From Auanema rhodensis (taxonomy: Eukaryota > Animalia > Nematoda): a stretch of DNA of 64,000 nucleotides. Under the pieces are notes generated by a model that worked only from the letters and a program-made list of their open reading frames with translations, made no database searches and was not told the DNA's origin. Location of the stretch: positions 21,142,001 through 21,206,000 of the forward strand of contig OZ059896.1 of the NCBI GenBank assembly GCA_964057225.1, in the 5' to 3' direction. Within the stretch, counting starts at the first letter, position 1, and every line of letters starts with the position of its first letter. The translations under genes were made by a program, and so were the position numbers. Positions 26,101 through 41,600 of this stretch are shown here, piece by piece.

Positions 26101-29100
26101 AGGATATAAGTGTGAACTTATATCAGTTGATATCTCGGTGCATTTTTAAGCTAGCGCAAATCTGATAACACAGATCGACGCAGCTTAAAAATCCGGATCG
26201 AATGCACTATACTACATTGAGAAACGCTCAATACAAAAATTAGTTATGATCGTTTGAAAAATGATGCATTAGTGTATGTTGAGTTTCCATGTTCACTCAA
26301 CATTGCTTCCAAAAACATTTTGACAAAAATTTTTTTGAAAAATTTCAAAATAATTTAGCAAAAAGTAGATGTTTTTAGATTCCGTTTTTCAAGGCAAAGA
26401 CGATGGACAATGTTATTCAACGAAAAAATTAATTCTTCAGGGTGAAAATCGAGGATATAAGTGTGAACTTATATCAGTTGATATCTCGGTGCATTTTTAA
26501 GCTAGCGCAAATCTGATAACACAGATCGACGCAGCTTAAAAATCCGCATCGAATGCACTATACTACATTGAGAAACGCTTGATACAAAAATTAGTTATGA
26601 TCGTTTGAAAAATGATGCATTAGTGTATGTTGAGTTTCCATGTACACTCAACATTGCTTCCAAAAACATTTTGACAAAAATTTTTTCGAAAAATTTCAAA
26701 ATAATTTAGCAAAAAGTAGATGTTTTTAGATTCCATTTCTCAAGGCAAAGACGATGGACAATGTTATTCAACGAAAAAATTAATTCTTCAGGGTGAAAAT
26801 CGAGGATATAAGTGTGAACTTATATCAGTTGATATCTCGGTGCAATTTTAAGCTAGCGCAAATCTGATAACACTGATCGACGCAGCTTAAAAATCCGCAT
26901 CGAATGCACTATACTACATTGAGAAACGCTTAATACAAAAATTAGTTATGATCGTTTGAAAAATGATGCATTAGTGTATGTTGAGTTTCCATGTACACTC
27001 AACATTGCTTCCAAAAACATTTTCACAAAAATTTTTTCGAAAAATTTCAAAATAATTTAGCAAAAAGTAGATGTTTTTAGATTCCATTTTTCAAGGCAAA
27101 GACGATGGACAATGTTATTCAACGAAAAAATTAATTCTTCAGGGTGAAAATCGAGGATATAAGTGTGAACTTATATCAGTTGATATCTCGGTGCATTTTT
27201 AAGCTAGCGCAAATCTGATAACACAGATCGACGCAGCTTAAAAATCCGGATCGAATGCACTATACTACATTGAGAAACGCTCAATACAAAAATTAGTTAT
27301 GATCGTTTGAAAAATGATGCATTAGTGTATGTTGAGTTTCCATGTTCACTCAACATTGCTTCCAAAAACATTTTGACAAAAATTTTTTTGAAAAATTTCA
27401 AAATAATTTAGCAAAAAGTAGATGTTTTTAGATTCCGTTTTTCAAGGCAAAGACGATGGACAATGTTATTCAACGAAAAAATTAATTCTTCAGGGTGAAA
27501 ATCGAGGATATAAGTGTGAACTTATATCAGTTGATATCTCGGTGCATTTTTAAGCTAGCGCAAATCTGATAACACAGATCGACGCAGCTTAAAAATCCGC
27601 ATCGAATGCACTATACTACATTGAGAAACGCTTGATACAAAAATTAGTTATGATCGTTTGAAAAATGATGCATTAGTGTATGTTGAGTTTCCATGTACAC
27701 TCAACATTGCTTCCAAAAACATTTTGACAAAAATTTTTTCGAAAAATTTCGAAATAATTTAGCAAAACGTAGATGTTTTTAGATTCCATTTTTCAAGGCA
27801 AAGACGATGGACAATGTTATTCAACGAAAAAATTAATTCTTCAGGGTGAAAATCGAGGATATAAGTGTGAACTTATATCAGTTGATATCTCGGTGCATTT
27901 TTAAGCTAGCGCAAATCTGATAACACAGATCGACGCAGCTTAAAAATCCGCATTGAATGCACTATACTACATTGAAAAACGCTTAATACAAAAATTAGTT
28001 ATGATCGTTTGAAAAATGATGCATTAGTGTATGTTGAGTTTCCATGTACACTCAACATTGCTTCCAAAAACATTTTGACAAAAATTTTTTCGAAAAATTT
28101 CAAAATAATTTAGCAAAAAGTAGATGTTTTTAGATTCCGTTTTTCAAGGCAAAGACGATGGACAATGTTATTCAACGAAAAAATTAATTCTTCAGGGTGA
28201 AAATCGAGGATATAAGTGTGAACTTATATCAGTTGATATCTCGGTGCATTTTTAAGCTAGCGCAAATCTGATAACACAGATCGACGCAGCTTAAAAATCC
28301 GCATCGAATGCACTATACTACATTGAGAAACGCTTGATACAAAAATTAGTTATGATCGTTTGAAAAATGATGCATTAGTGTATGTTGAGTTTCCATGTAC
28401 ACTCAACATTGCTTCCAAAAACATTTTGACAAAAATTTTTTCGAAAAATTTCAAAATAATTTAGCAAAAAGTAGATGTTTTTAGATTCCATTTTTCAAGG
28501 CAAAGACGATGGACAATGTTATTCAACGAAAAAATTAATTCTTCAGGGTGAAAATCGAGGATATAAGTGTGAACTTATATCAGTTGATATCTCGGTGCAT
28601 TTTTAAGCTAGCGCAAATCTGATAACACAGATCGACGCAGCTTAAAAATCCGCATCGAATGCACTATACTACAGTGAGAAACGCTTGATACAAAAATTAG
28701 TTATGATCGTTTGAAAAATGATGCATTAGTGTATGTTGAGTTTCCATGTACACTCAACATTGCTTCCAAAAACATTTTGACAAAAATGTTTTCGAAAAAT
28801 TTCAAAATAATTTAGCAAAAAGTAGATGTTTTTAGATTCCTTTTTTCAAGGCAAAGACGATGGACAATGTTATTCAACGAAAAAATTAATTCTTCAGGGT
28901 GAAAATCGAGGATATAAGTGTGAACTTATATCAGTTGATATCTCGGTGCATTTTTAAGCTAGCGCAAATCTGATAACACAGATCGACGCAGCATAAAAAT
29001 CCGGATCGAATGCACTATACTACATTGAGAAACGCTCAATACAAAAATTAGTTATGATCGTTTGAAAAATGATGCATTAGTGTATGTTGAGTTTCCATGT

Positions 29101-32100
29101 ACACTCAACATTGCTTCCAAAAACATTTTGACAAAAATTTTTTCGAAAAATTTCAAAATAATTTAGCAAAAAGTAGATGTTTTTAGATTCCATTTTTCAA
29201 GGCAAAGACGATGGACAATGTTATTCAACGAAAAAATTAATTCTTCAGGGTGAAAATCGAGGATATAAGTGTGAACTTATATCAGTTGATATCTCGGTGC
29301 ATTTTTAAGCTAGCGCAAATCTGATAACACAGATCGACGCAGCTTAAAAATCCGCATCGAATGCACTATACTACATTGAGAAACGCTTGATACAAAAATT
29401 AGTTATGATCGTTTGAAAAATGATGCATTAGTGTATGTTGAGTTTCCATGTACACTCAACATTGCTTCCAAAAACATTTTGACAAAAATTTTTTCGAAAA
29501 ATTTCAAAATAATTTAGCAAAAAGTAGATGTTTTTAGATTCCATTTTTCAAGGCAAAGACGATGGACAATGTTATTCAACGAAAAAATTAATTCTTCAGG
29601 GTGAAAATCGAGGATATAAGTGTGAACTTATATCAGTTGATATCTCGGTGCATTTTTAAGCTAGCGCAAATCTGATAACACAGATCGACGCAGCTTAAAA
29701 ATCCGGATCGAATGCACTATACTACATTGAGAAACGCTCAATACAAAAATTAGTTATGATCGTTTGAAAAATGATGCATTAGTGTATGTTGAGTTTCCAT
29801 GTACACTCAACATTGCTTCCAAAAACATTTTGACAAAAATTTTTTCGAAAAATTTCAAAATAATTTAGCAAAAAGTAGATGTTTTTAGATTCCATTTTTC
29901 AAGGCAAAGACGATGGACAATGTTATTCAACGAAAAAATTAATTCTTCAGGGTGAAAATCGAGGATATAAGTGTGAACTTATATCAGTTGATATCTCGGT
30001 GCATTTTTAAGCTAGCGCAAATCTGATAACACAGATCGACGCAGCTTAAAAATCCGCATCGAATGCACTATACTTCATTGAGAAACGCTTGATACAAAAA
30101 TTAGTTATGATCGTTTGAAAAATGATGCATTAGTGTATGTTGAGTTTCCATGTACACTCAACATTGCTTCCAAAAACATTTTGACAAAAATTTTTTCGAA
30201 AAATTTCAGAATAATTTAGCAAAAAGTAGATGTTTTTAGATTCCATTTTTCAAGGCAAAGACGATGGACAATGTTATTCAACGAAAAAATTAATTCTTCA
30301 GGGTGAAAATCGAGGATATAAGTGTGAACTTATATCAGTTGATATCTCGGTGCATTTTTAAGCTAGCGCAAATCTGATAACACAGATCGACGCAGCTTAA
30401 AAATCCGCATCGAATGCACTATACTACATTGAGAAACGCTTGATACAAAAATTAGTTATGATCGTTTGAAAAATGATGCATTAGTGTATGTTGAGTTTCC
30501 ATGTACACTCAACATTGCTTCCAAAAACATTTTGACAAAAATTTTTTCGAAAAATTTCAAAATAATTTAGCAAAAAGTAGATGTTTTTAGATTCCATTTT
30601 TCAAGGCAAAGACGATGGACAATGTTATTCAACGAAAAAATTAATTCTTCAGGGTGAAAATCGAGGATATAAGTGTGAACTTATATCAGTTGATATCTCG
30701 GTGCATTTTTAAGCTAGCGCAAATCTGATAACACAGATCGACGCAGCTTAAAAATCCGCATCGAATGCACTATACTACAGTGAGAAACGCTTGATACAAA
30801 AATTAGTTATGATCGTTTGAAAAATGATGCATTAGTGTATGTTGAGTTTCCATGTACACTCAACATTGCTTCCAAAAACATTTTGACAAAAATGTTTTCG
30901 AAAAATTTCAAAATAATTTAGCAAAAAGTAGATGTTTTTAGATTCCTTTTTTCAAGGCAAAGACGATGGACAATGTTATTCAACGAAAAAATTAATTCTT
31001 CAGGGTGAAAATCGAGGATATAAGTGTGAACTTATATCAGTTGATATCTCGGTGCATTTTTAAGCTAGCGCAAATCTGATAACACAGATCGACGCAGCAT
31101 AAAAATCCGGATCGAATGCACTATACTACATTGAGAAACGCTCAATACAAAAATTAGTTATGATCGTTTGAAAAATGATGCATTAGTGTATGTTGAGTTT
31201 CCATGTACACTCAACATTGCTTCCAAAAACATTTTGACAAAAATTTTTTCGAAAAATTTCAAAATAATTTAGCAAAAAGTAGATGTTTTTAGATTCCATT
31301 TTTCAAGGCAAAGACGATGGACAATGTTATTCAACGAAAAAATTAATTCTTCAGGGTGAAAATCGAGGATATAAGTGTGAACTTATATCAGTTGATATCT
31401 CGGTGCATTTTTAAGCTAGCGCAAATCTGATAACACAGATCGACGCAGCTTAAAAATCCGCATCGAATGCACTATACTACATTGAGAAACGCTTGATACA
31501 AAAATTAGTTATGATCGTTTGAAAAATGATGCATTAGTGTATGTTGAGTTTCCATGTACACTCAACATTGCTTCCAAAAACATTTTGACAAAAATTTTTT
31601 CGAAAAATTTCAAAATAATTTAGCAAAAAGTAGATGTTTTTAGATTCCATTTTTCAAGGCAAAGACGATGGACAATGTTATTCAACGAAAAAATTAATTC
31701 TTCAGGGTGAAAATCGAGGATATAAGTGTGAACTTATATCAGTTGATATCTCGGTGCATTTTTAAGCTAGCGCAAATCTGATAACACAGATCGACGCAGC
31801 TTAAAAATCCGGATCGAATGCACTATACTACATTGAGAAACGCTCAATACAAAAATTAGTTATGATCGTTTGAAAAATGATGCATTAGTGTATGTTGAGT
31901 TTCCATGTACACTCAACATTGCTTCCAAAAACATTTTGACAAAAATTTTTTCGAAAAATTTCAAAATAATTTAGCAAAAAGTAGATGTTTTTAGATTCCA
32001 TTTTTCAAGGCAAAGACGATGGACAATGTTATTCAACGAAAAAATTAATTCTTCAGGGTGAAAATCGAGGATATAAGTGTGAACTTATATCAGTTGATAT

Positions 32101-35100
32101 CTCGGTGCATTTTTAAGCTAGCGCAAATCTGATAACACAGATCGACGCAGCTTAAAAATCCGCATCGAATGCACTATACTTCATTGAGAAACGCTTGATA
32201 CAAAAATTAGTTATGATCGTTTGAAAAATGATGCATTAGTGTATGTTGAGTTTCCATGTACACTCAACATTGCTTCCAAAAACATTTTGACAAAAATTTT
32301 TTCGAAAAATTTCAGAATAATTTAGCAAAAAGTAGATGTTTTTAGATTCCATTTTTCAAGGCAAAGACGATGGACAATGTTATTCAACGAAAAAATTAAT
32401 TCTTCAGGGTGAAAATCGAGGATATAAGTGTGAACTTATATCAGTTGATATCTCGGTGCATTTTTAAGCTAGCGCAAATCTGATAACACAGATCGACGCA
32501 GCTTAAAAATCCGGATCGAATGCACTATACTACATTGAGAAACGCTCAATACAAAAATTAGTTATGATCGTTTGAAAAATGATGCATTAGTGTATGTTGA
32601 GTTTCCATGTACACTCAACATTGCTTCCAAAAACATTTTGACAAAAATTTTTTCGAAAAATTTCAAAATAATTTAGCAAAACGTAGATGTTTTTAGATTC
32701 CATTTTTCAAGGCAAAGACGATGGACAATGTTATTCAACGAAAAAATTAATTCTTCAGGGTGAAAATCGAGGATATAAGTGTGAACTTATATCAGTTGAT
32801 ATCTCGGTGCATTTTTAAGCTAGCGCAAATCTGATAACACAGATCGACGCAGCTTAAAAATCCGCATCGAATGCACTATACTACATTGAAAAACGCTTAA
32901 TACAAAAATTAGTTATGATCGTTTGAAAAATGATGCATTAGTGTATGTTGAGTTTCCATGTACACTCAACATTGCTTCCAAAAACATTTTGACAAAAATT
33001 TTTTCGAAAAATTTCAAAATAATTTAGCAAAAAGTAGATGTTTTTAGATTCCTTTTTTCAAGGCAAAGACGATGGACAATGTTATTCAACGAAAAAATTA
33101 ATTCGTCAGGGTGAAAATCGAGGATATAAGTGTGAACTTATATCAGTTGATATCTCGGTGCATTTTTAAGCTAGCGCAAATCTGATAACACTGATCGACG
33201 CAGCTTAAAAATCCGCATCGAATGCACTTTACTACATTGAGAAACGCTTAATACAAAAATTAGTTATGATCGTTTGAAAAATGATGCATTAGTGTATGTT
33301 GAGTTTCCATGTACACTCAACATTGCTTCCAAAAACATTTTGACAAAAATTTTTTCGAAAAATTTCAAAATAATTTAGCAAAAAGTAGATGTTTTTAGAT
33401 TCCATTTTTCAAGGCAAAGACGATGGACAATGTTATTCAACGAAAAAATTAATTCTTCAGGGTGAAAATCGAGGATATAAGTGTGAACTTATATCAGTTG
33501 ATATCTCGGTGCATTTTTAAGCTAGCGCAAATCTGATAACACAGATCGACGCAGCTTAAAAATCCGGATCGAATGCACTATACTACATTGAGAAACGCTC
33601 AATACAAAAATTAGTTATGATCGTTTGAAAAATGATGCATTAGTGTATGTTGAGTTTCCATGTTCACTCAACATTGCTTCCAAAAACATTTTGACAAAAA
33701 TTTTTTCGAAAAATTTCAAAATAATTTAGCAAAAAGTAGATGTTTTTAGATTCCGTTTTTCAAGGCAAAGACGATGGACAATGTTATTCAACGAAAAAAA
33801 TAATTCTTCAGGGTGAAAATCGAGGATATAAGTGTGAACTTATATCAGTTGATATCTCGGTGCATTTTTAAGCTAGCGCAAATCTGATAACACAGATCGA
33901 CGCAGCTTAAAAATCCGCATCGAATGCACTATACTACATTGAGAAACGCTTGATACAAAAATTAGTTATGATCGTTTGAAAAATGATGCATTAGTGTATG
34001 TTGAGTTTCCATGTACACTCAACATTGCTTCCAAAAACATTTTGACAAAAATTTTTTCGAAAAATTTCAAAATAATTTAGCAAAAAGTAGATGTTTTTAG
34101 ATTCCATTTCTCAAGGCAAAGACGATGGACAATGTTATTCAACGAAAAAATTAATTCTTCAGGGTGAAAATCGAGGATATAAGTGTGAACTTATATCAGT
34201 TGATATCTCGGTGCAATTTTAAGCTAGCGCAAATCTGATAACACTGATCGACGCAGCTTAAAAATCCGCATCGAATGCACTATACTACATTGAGAAACGC
34301 TTAATACAAAAATTAGTTATGATCGTTTGAAAAATGATGCATTAGTGTATGTTGAGTTTCCATGTACACTCAACATTGCTTCCAAAAACATTTTCACAAA
34401 AATTTTTTCGAAAAATTTCAAAATAATTTAGCAAAAAGTAGATGTTTTTAGATTCCATTTTTCAAGGCAAAGACGATGGACAATGTTATTCAACGAAAAA
34501 ATTAATTCTTCAGGGTGAAAATCGAGGATATAAGTGTGAACTTATATCAGTTGATATCTCGGTGCATTTTTAAGCTAGCGCAAATCTGATAACACAGATC
34601 GACGCAGCTTAAAAATCCGGATCGAATGCACTATACTACATTGAGAAACGCTCAATACAAAAATTAGTTATGATCGTTTGAAAAATGATGCATTAGTGTA
34701 TGTTGAGTTTCCATGTTCACTCAACATTGCTTCCAAAAACATTTTGACAAAAATTTTTTTGAAAAATTTCAAAATAATTTAGCAAAAAGTAGATGTTTTT
34801 AGATTCCGTTTTTCAAGGCAAAGACGATGGACAATGTTATTCAACGAAAAAATTAATTCTTCAGGGTGAAAATCGAGGATATAAGTGTGAACTTATATCA
34901 GTTGATATCTCGGTGCATTTTTAAGCTAGCGCAAATCTGATAACACAGATCGACGCAGCTTAAAAATCCGCATCGAATGCACTATACTACATTGAGAAAC
35001 GCTTGATACAAAAATTAGTTATGATCGTTTGAAAAATGATGCATTAGTGTATGTTGAGTTTCCATGTACACTCAACATTGCTTCCAAAAACATTTTGACA

Positions 35101-38100
35101 AAAATTTTTTCGAAAAATTTCGAAATAATTTAGCAAAACGTAGATGTTTTTAGATTCCATTTTTCAAGGCAAAGACGATGGACAATGTTATTCAACGAAA
35201 AAATTAATTCTTCAGGGTGAAAATCGAGGATATAAGTGTGAACTTATATCAGTTGATATCTCGGTGCATTTTTAAGCTAGCGCAAATCTGATAACACAGA
35301 TCGACGCAGCTTAAAAATCCGCATTGAATGCACTATACTACATTGAAAAACGCTTAATACAAAAATTAGTTATGATCGTTTGAAAAATGATGCATTAGTG
35401 TATGTTGAGTTTCCATGTACACTCAACATTGCTTCCAAAAACATTTTGACAAAAATTTTTTCGAAAAATTTCAAAATAATTTAGCAAAAAGTAGATGTTT
35501 TTAGATTCCGTTTTTCAAGGCAAAGACGATGGACAATGTTATTCAACGAAAAAATTAATTCTTCAGGGTGAAAATCGAGGATATAAGTGTGAACTTATAT
35601 CAGTTGATATCTCGGTGCATTTTTAAGCTAGCGCAAATCTGATAACACAGATCGACGCAGCTTAAAAATCCGCATCGAATGCACTATACTACATTGAGAA
35701 ACGCTTGATACAAAAATTAGTTATGATCGTTTGAAAAATGATGCATTAGTGTATGTTGAGTTTCCATGTACACTCAACATTGCTTCCAAAAACATTTTGA
35801 CAAAAATTTTTTCGAAAAATTTCAAAATAATTTAGCAAAAAGTAGATGTTTTTAGATTCCATTTTTCAAGGCAAAGACGATGGACAATGTTATTCAACGA
35901 AAAAATTAATTCTTCAGGGTGAAAATCGAGGATATAAGTGTGAACTTATATCAGTTGATATCTCGGTGCATTTTTAAGCTAGCGCAAATCTGATAACACA
36001 GATCGACGCAGCTTAAAAATCCGCATCGAATGCACTATACTACAGTGAGAAACGCTTGATACAAAAATTAGTTATGATCGTTTGAAAAATGATGCATTAG
36101 TGTATGTTGAGTTTCCATGTACACTCAACATTGCTTCCAAAAACATTTTGACAAAAATGTTTTCGAAAAATTTCAAAATAATTTAGCAAAAAGTAGATGT
36201 TTTTAGATTCCTTTTTTCAAGGCAAAGACGATGGACAATGTTATTCAACGAAAAAATTAATTCTTCAGGGTGAAAATCGAGGATATAAGTGTGAACTTAT
36301 ATCAGTTGATATCTCGGTGCATTTTTAAGCTAGCGCAAATCTGATAACACAGATCGACGCAGCATAAAAATCCGGATCGAATGCACTATACTACATTGAG
36401 AAACGCTCAATACAAAAATTAGTTATGATCGTTTGAAAAATGATGCATTAGTGTATGATGAGTTTCCATGTACACTCAACATTGCTTCCAAAAACATTTT
36501 GACAAAAATTTTTTCGAAAAATTTCAAAATAATTTAGCAAAAAGTAGATGTTTTTAGATTCCATTTTTCAAGGCAAAGACGATGGACAATGTTATTCAAC
36601 GAAAAAATAAATTCTTCAGGGTGAAAATCGAGGATATAAGTGTGAACTTATATCAGTTGATATCTCGGTGCATTTTTAAGCTAGCGCAAATCTGATAACA
36701 CAGATCGACGCAGCTTAAAAATCCGCATCGAATGCACTATACTACATTGAGAAACGCTTGATACAAAAATTAGTTATGATCGTTTGAAAAATGATGCATT
36801 AGTGTATGTTGAGTTTCCATGTACACTCAACATTGCTTCCAAAAACATTTTGACAAAAATTTTTTCGAAAAATTTCAAAATAATTTAGCAAAAAGTAGAT
36901 GTTTTTAGATTCCATTTTTCAAGGCAAAGACGATGGACAATGTTATTCAACGAAAAAATTAATTCTTCAGGGTGAAAATCGAGGATATAAGTGTGAACTT
37001 ATATCAGTTGATATCTCGGTGCATTTTTAAGCTAGCGCAAATCTGATAACACAGATCGACGCAGCTTAAAAATCCGGATCGAATGCACTATACTACATTG
37101 AGAAACGCTCAATACAAAAATTAGTTATGATCGTTTGAAAAATGATGCATTAGTGTATGTTGAGTTTCCATGTACACTCAACATTGCTTCCAAAAACATT
37201 TTGACAAAAATTTTTTCGAAAAATTTCAAAATAATTTAGCAAAAAGTAGATGTTTTTAGATTCCATTTTTCAAGGCAAAGACGATGGACAATGTTATTCA
37301 ACGAAAAAATTAATTCTTCAGGGTGAAAATCGAGGATATAAGTGTGAACTTATATCAGTTGATATCTCGGTGCATTTTTAAGCTAGCGCAAATCTGATAA
37401 CACAGATCGACGCAGCTTAAAAATCCGCATCGAATGCACTATACTTCATTGAGAAACGCTTGATACAAAAATTAGTTATGATCGTTTGAAAAATGATGCA
37501 TTAGTGTATGTTGAGTTTCCATGTACACTCAACATTGCTTCCAAAAACATTTTGACAAAAATTTTTTCGAAAAATTTCAGAATAATTTAGCAAAAAGTAG
37601 ATGTTTTTAGATTCCATTTTTCAAGGCAAAGACGATGGACAATGTTATTCAACGAAAAAATTAATTCTTCAGGGTGAAAATCGAGGATATAAGTGTGAAC
37701 TTATATCAGTTGATATCTCGGTGCATTTTTAAGCTAGCGCAAATCTGATAACACAGATCGACGCAGCTTAAAAATCCGGATCGAATGCACTATACTACAT
37801 TGAGAAACGCTCAATACAAAAATTAGTTATGATCGTTTGAAAAATGATGCATTAGTGTATGTTGAGTTTCCATGTACACTCAACATTGCTTCCAAAAACA
37901 TTTTGACAAAAATTTTTTCGAAAAATTTCAAAATAATTTAGCAAAACGTAGATGTTTTTAGATTCCATTTTTCAAGGCAAAGACGATGGACAATGTTATT
38001 CAACGAAAAAATTAATTCTTCAGGGTGAAAATCGAGGATATAAGTGTGAACTTATATCAGTTGATATCTCGGTGCATTTTTAAGCTAGCGCAAATCTGAT

Positions 38101-38607
38101 AACACAGATCGACGCAGCTTAAAAATCCGCATCGAATGCACTATACTACATTGAAAAACGCTTAATACAAAAATTAGTTATGATCGTTTGAAAAATGATG
38201 CATTAGTGTATGTTGAGTTTCCATGTACACTCAACATTGCTTCCAAAAACATTTTGACAAAAATTTTTTCGAAAAATTTCAAAATAATTTAGCAAAAAGT
38301 AGATGTTTTTAGATTCCTTTTTTCAAGGCAAAGACGATGGACAATGTTATTCAACGAAAAAATTAATTCGTCAGGGTGAAAATCGAGGATATAAGTGTGA
38401 ACTTATATCAGTTGATATCTCGGTGCATTTTTAAGCTAGCGCAAATCTGATAACACAGATCGACGCAGCTTAAAAATCCGCATCGAATGCACTATACTAC
38501 ATTGAGAAACGCTTAATACAAAAATTAGTTATGATCGTTTGAAAAATGATGCATTAGTGTATGTTGAGTTTCCATGTACACTCAACATTGCTTCCAAAAA
38601 CATTTTG
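24919..38607. repeat. 15-monomer tandem duplication whose left copy carries additional 3-mer and 6-mer duplications
   Basis: Private variants recur at offsets of 24 x 351 (25376, 33800), 21 x 351 (27751, 35122) and 15 x 351 (33105, 38370). The internal 6-mer is shown by 28788 and 30894 (2106 bp). Confidence 0.88.
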
Positions 38608-41600
38608 ACAAAAATTTTTTCGAAAAATTTCAAAATAATTTAGCAAAACGTAGATGTTTTTAGATTCCATTTTTCAAGGCAAAGACGATGGACAATGTTA
38701 TTCAACGAAAAAATTAATTCTTCAGGGTGAAAATCGAGGATATAAGTGTGAACTTATATCAGTTGATATCTCGGTGCATTTTTAAGCTAGAGCAAATCTG
38801 ATAACACTGATCGACGCAGCTTAAAAATCCGCATCGAATGCACTATACTACATTGAGAAACGCTTAATACAAAAATTAGTTATGATCGTTTGAAAAATGA
38901 TGCATTAGTGTATGTTGAGTTTCCATGTACACTCAACATTGCTTCCAAAAACATTTTGACAAAAATTTTTTCGAAAAATTTCAAAATAATTTAGCAAAAA
39001 GTAGATGTTTTTAGATTCCATTTCTCAAGGCAAAGACGATGGACAATGTTATTCAACGAAAAAATTAATTCTTCAGGGTGAAAATCGAGGATATAAGTGT
39101 GAACTTATATCAGTTGATATCTCGGTGCAATTTTAAGCTAGCGCAAATCTGATAACACAGATCGACGCAGCTCAAAAATCCGCATCGAATGCACTATACT
39201 ACAGTGAGAAACGCTTGATACAAGAATTAGTTATGATCGTTTGAAAAATGATGCATTAGTGTATGTTGAGTTTCCATGTACACTCAACATTGCTTCCAAA
39301 AACATTTTGACAAAAATTTTTTCGAAAAATTTCAAAATAATTTAGCAAAAAGTAGATGTTTTTAGATTCCATTTTTCAAGGCAAAGACGATGGACAATGT
39401 TATTCAACGAAAAAATTAATTCTTCAGGGTGAAAATCGAGGATATAAGTGTGAACTTATATCAGTTGATATCTCGGTGCATTTTTAAGCTAGCGCAAATC
39501 TGATAACACAGATCGACGCAGCTTAAAAATCCGCATCGAATGCACTATACTACATTGAGAAACGCTTGATACAAAAATTAGTTATGATCGTTTGAAAAAT
39601 GATGCATTAGTGTATGTTGAGTTTCCATGTACACTCAACATTGCTTCCAAAAACATTTTGACAAAAATTTTTTCGAAAAATTTCAAAATAATTTAGCAAA
39701 AAGTAGATGTTTTTAGATTCCATTTTTCAAGGCAAAGACGATGGACAATGTTATTCAACGAAAAAATTAATTCTTCAGGGTGAAAATCGAGGATATAAGT
39801 GTGAACTTATATCAGTTGATATCTCGGTGCATTTTTAAGCTAGCGCAAATCTGATAACACAGATCGACGCAGCTTAAAAATCCGGATCGAATGCACTATA
39901 CTACATTGAGAAACGCTCAATACAAAAATTAGTTATGATCGTTTGAAAAATGATGCATTAGTGTATGTTGAGTTTCCATGTACACTCAACATTGCTTCCA
40001 AAAACATTTTGACAAAAATTTTTTCGAAAAATTTCAAAATAATTTAGCAAAAAGTAGATGTTTTTAGATTCCATTTTTCAAGGCAAAGACGATGGACAAT
40101 GTTATTCAACGAAAAAATTAATTCTTCAGGGTGAAAATCGAGGATATAAGTGTGAACTTATATCAGTTGATATCTCGGTGCATTTTTAAGCTAGCGCAAA
40201 TCTGATAACACAGATCGACGCAGCTTAAAAATCCGCATCGAATGCACTATACTTCATTGAGAAACGCTTGATACAAAAATTAGTTATGATCGTTTGAAAA
40301 ATGATGCATTAGTGTATGTTGAGTTTCCATGTACACTCAACATTGCTTCCAAAAACATTTTGACAAAAATTTTTTCGAAAAATTTCAAAATAATTTAGCA
40401 AAAAGTAGATGTTTTTAGATTCCATTTTTCAAGGCAAAGACGATGGACAATGTTATTCAACGAAAAAATTAATTCTTCAGGGTGAAAATCGAGGATATAA
40501 GTGTGAACTTATATCAGTTGATATCTCGGTGCATTTTTAAGCTAGCGCAAATCTGATAACACAGATCGACGCAGCTTAAAAATCCGCATCGAATGCACTA
40601 TACTTCATTGAGAAACGCTTGATACAAAAATTAGTTATGATCGTTTGAAAAATGATGCATTAGTGTATGTTGAGTTTCCATGTACACTCAACATTGCTTC
40701 CAAAAACATTTTGACAAAAATTTTTTCGAAAAATTTCAGAATAATTTAGCAAAAAGTAGATGTTTTTAGATTCCATTTTTCAAGGCAAAGACGATGGACA
40801 ATGTTATTCAACGAAAAAATTAATTCTTCAGGGTGAAAATCGAGGATATAAGTGTGAACTTATATCAGTTGATATCTCGGTGCATTTTTAAGCTAGCGCA
40901 AATCTGATAACACAGATCGACGCAGCTTAAAAATCCGGATCGAATGCACTATACTACATTGAGAAACGCTCAATACAAAAATTAGTTATGATCGTTTGAA
41001 AAATGATGCATTAGTGTATGTTGAGTTTCCATGTACACTCAACATTGCTTCCAAAAACATTTTGACAAAAATTTTTTCGAAAAATTTCAAAATAATTTAG
41101 CAAAACGTAGATGTTTTTAGATTCCATTTTTCAAGGCAAAGACGATGGACAATGTTATTCAACGAAAAAATTAATTCTTCAGGGTGAAAATCGAGGATAT
41201 AAGTGTGAACTTATATCAGTTGATATCTCGGTGCATTTTTAAGCTAGCGCAAATCTGATAACACAGATCGACGCAGCTTAAAAATCCGCATCGAATGCAC
41301 TATACTACATTGAAAAACGCTTAATACAAAAATTAGTTATGATCGTTTGAAAAATGATGCATTAGTGTATGTTGAGTTTCCATGTACACTCAACATTGCT
41401 TCCAAAAACATTTTGACAAAAATTTTTTCGAAAAATTTCAAAATAATTTAGCAAAAAGTAGATGTTTTTAGATTCCTTTTTTCAAGGCAAAGACGATGGA
41501 CAATGTTATTCAACGAAAAAATTAATTCGTCAGGGTGAAAATCGAGGATATAAGTGTGAACTTATATCAGTTGATATCTCGGTGCATTTTTAAGCTAGCG

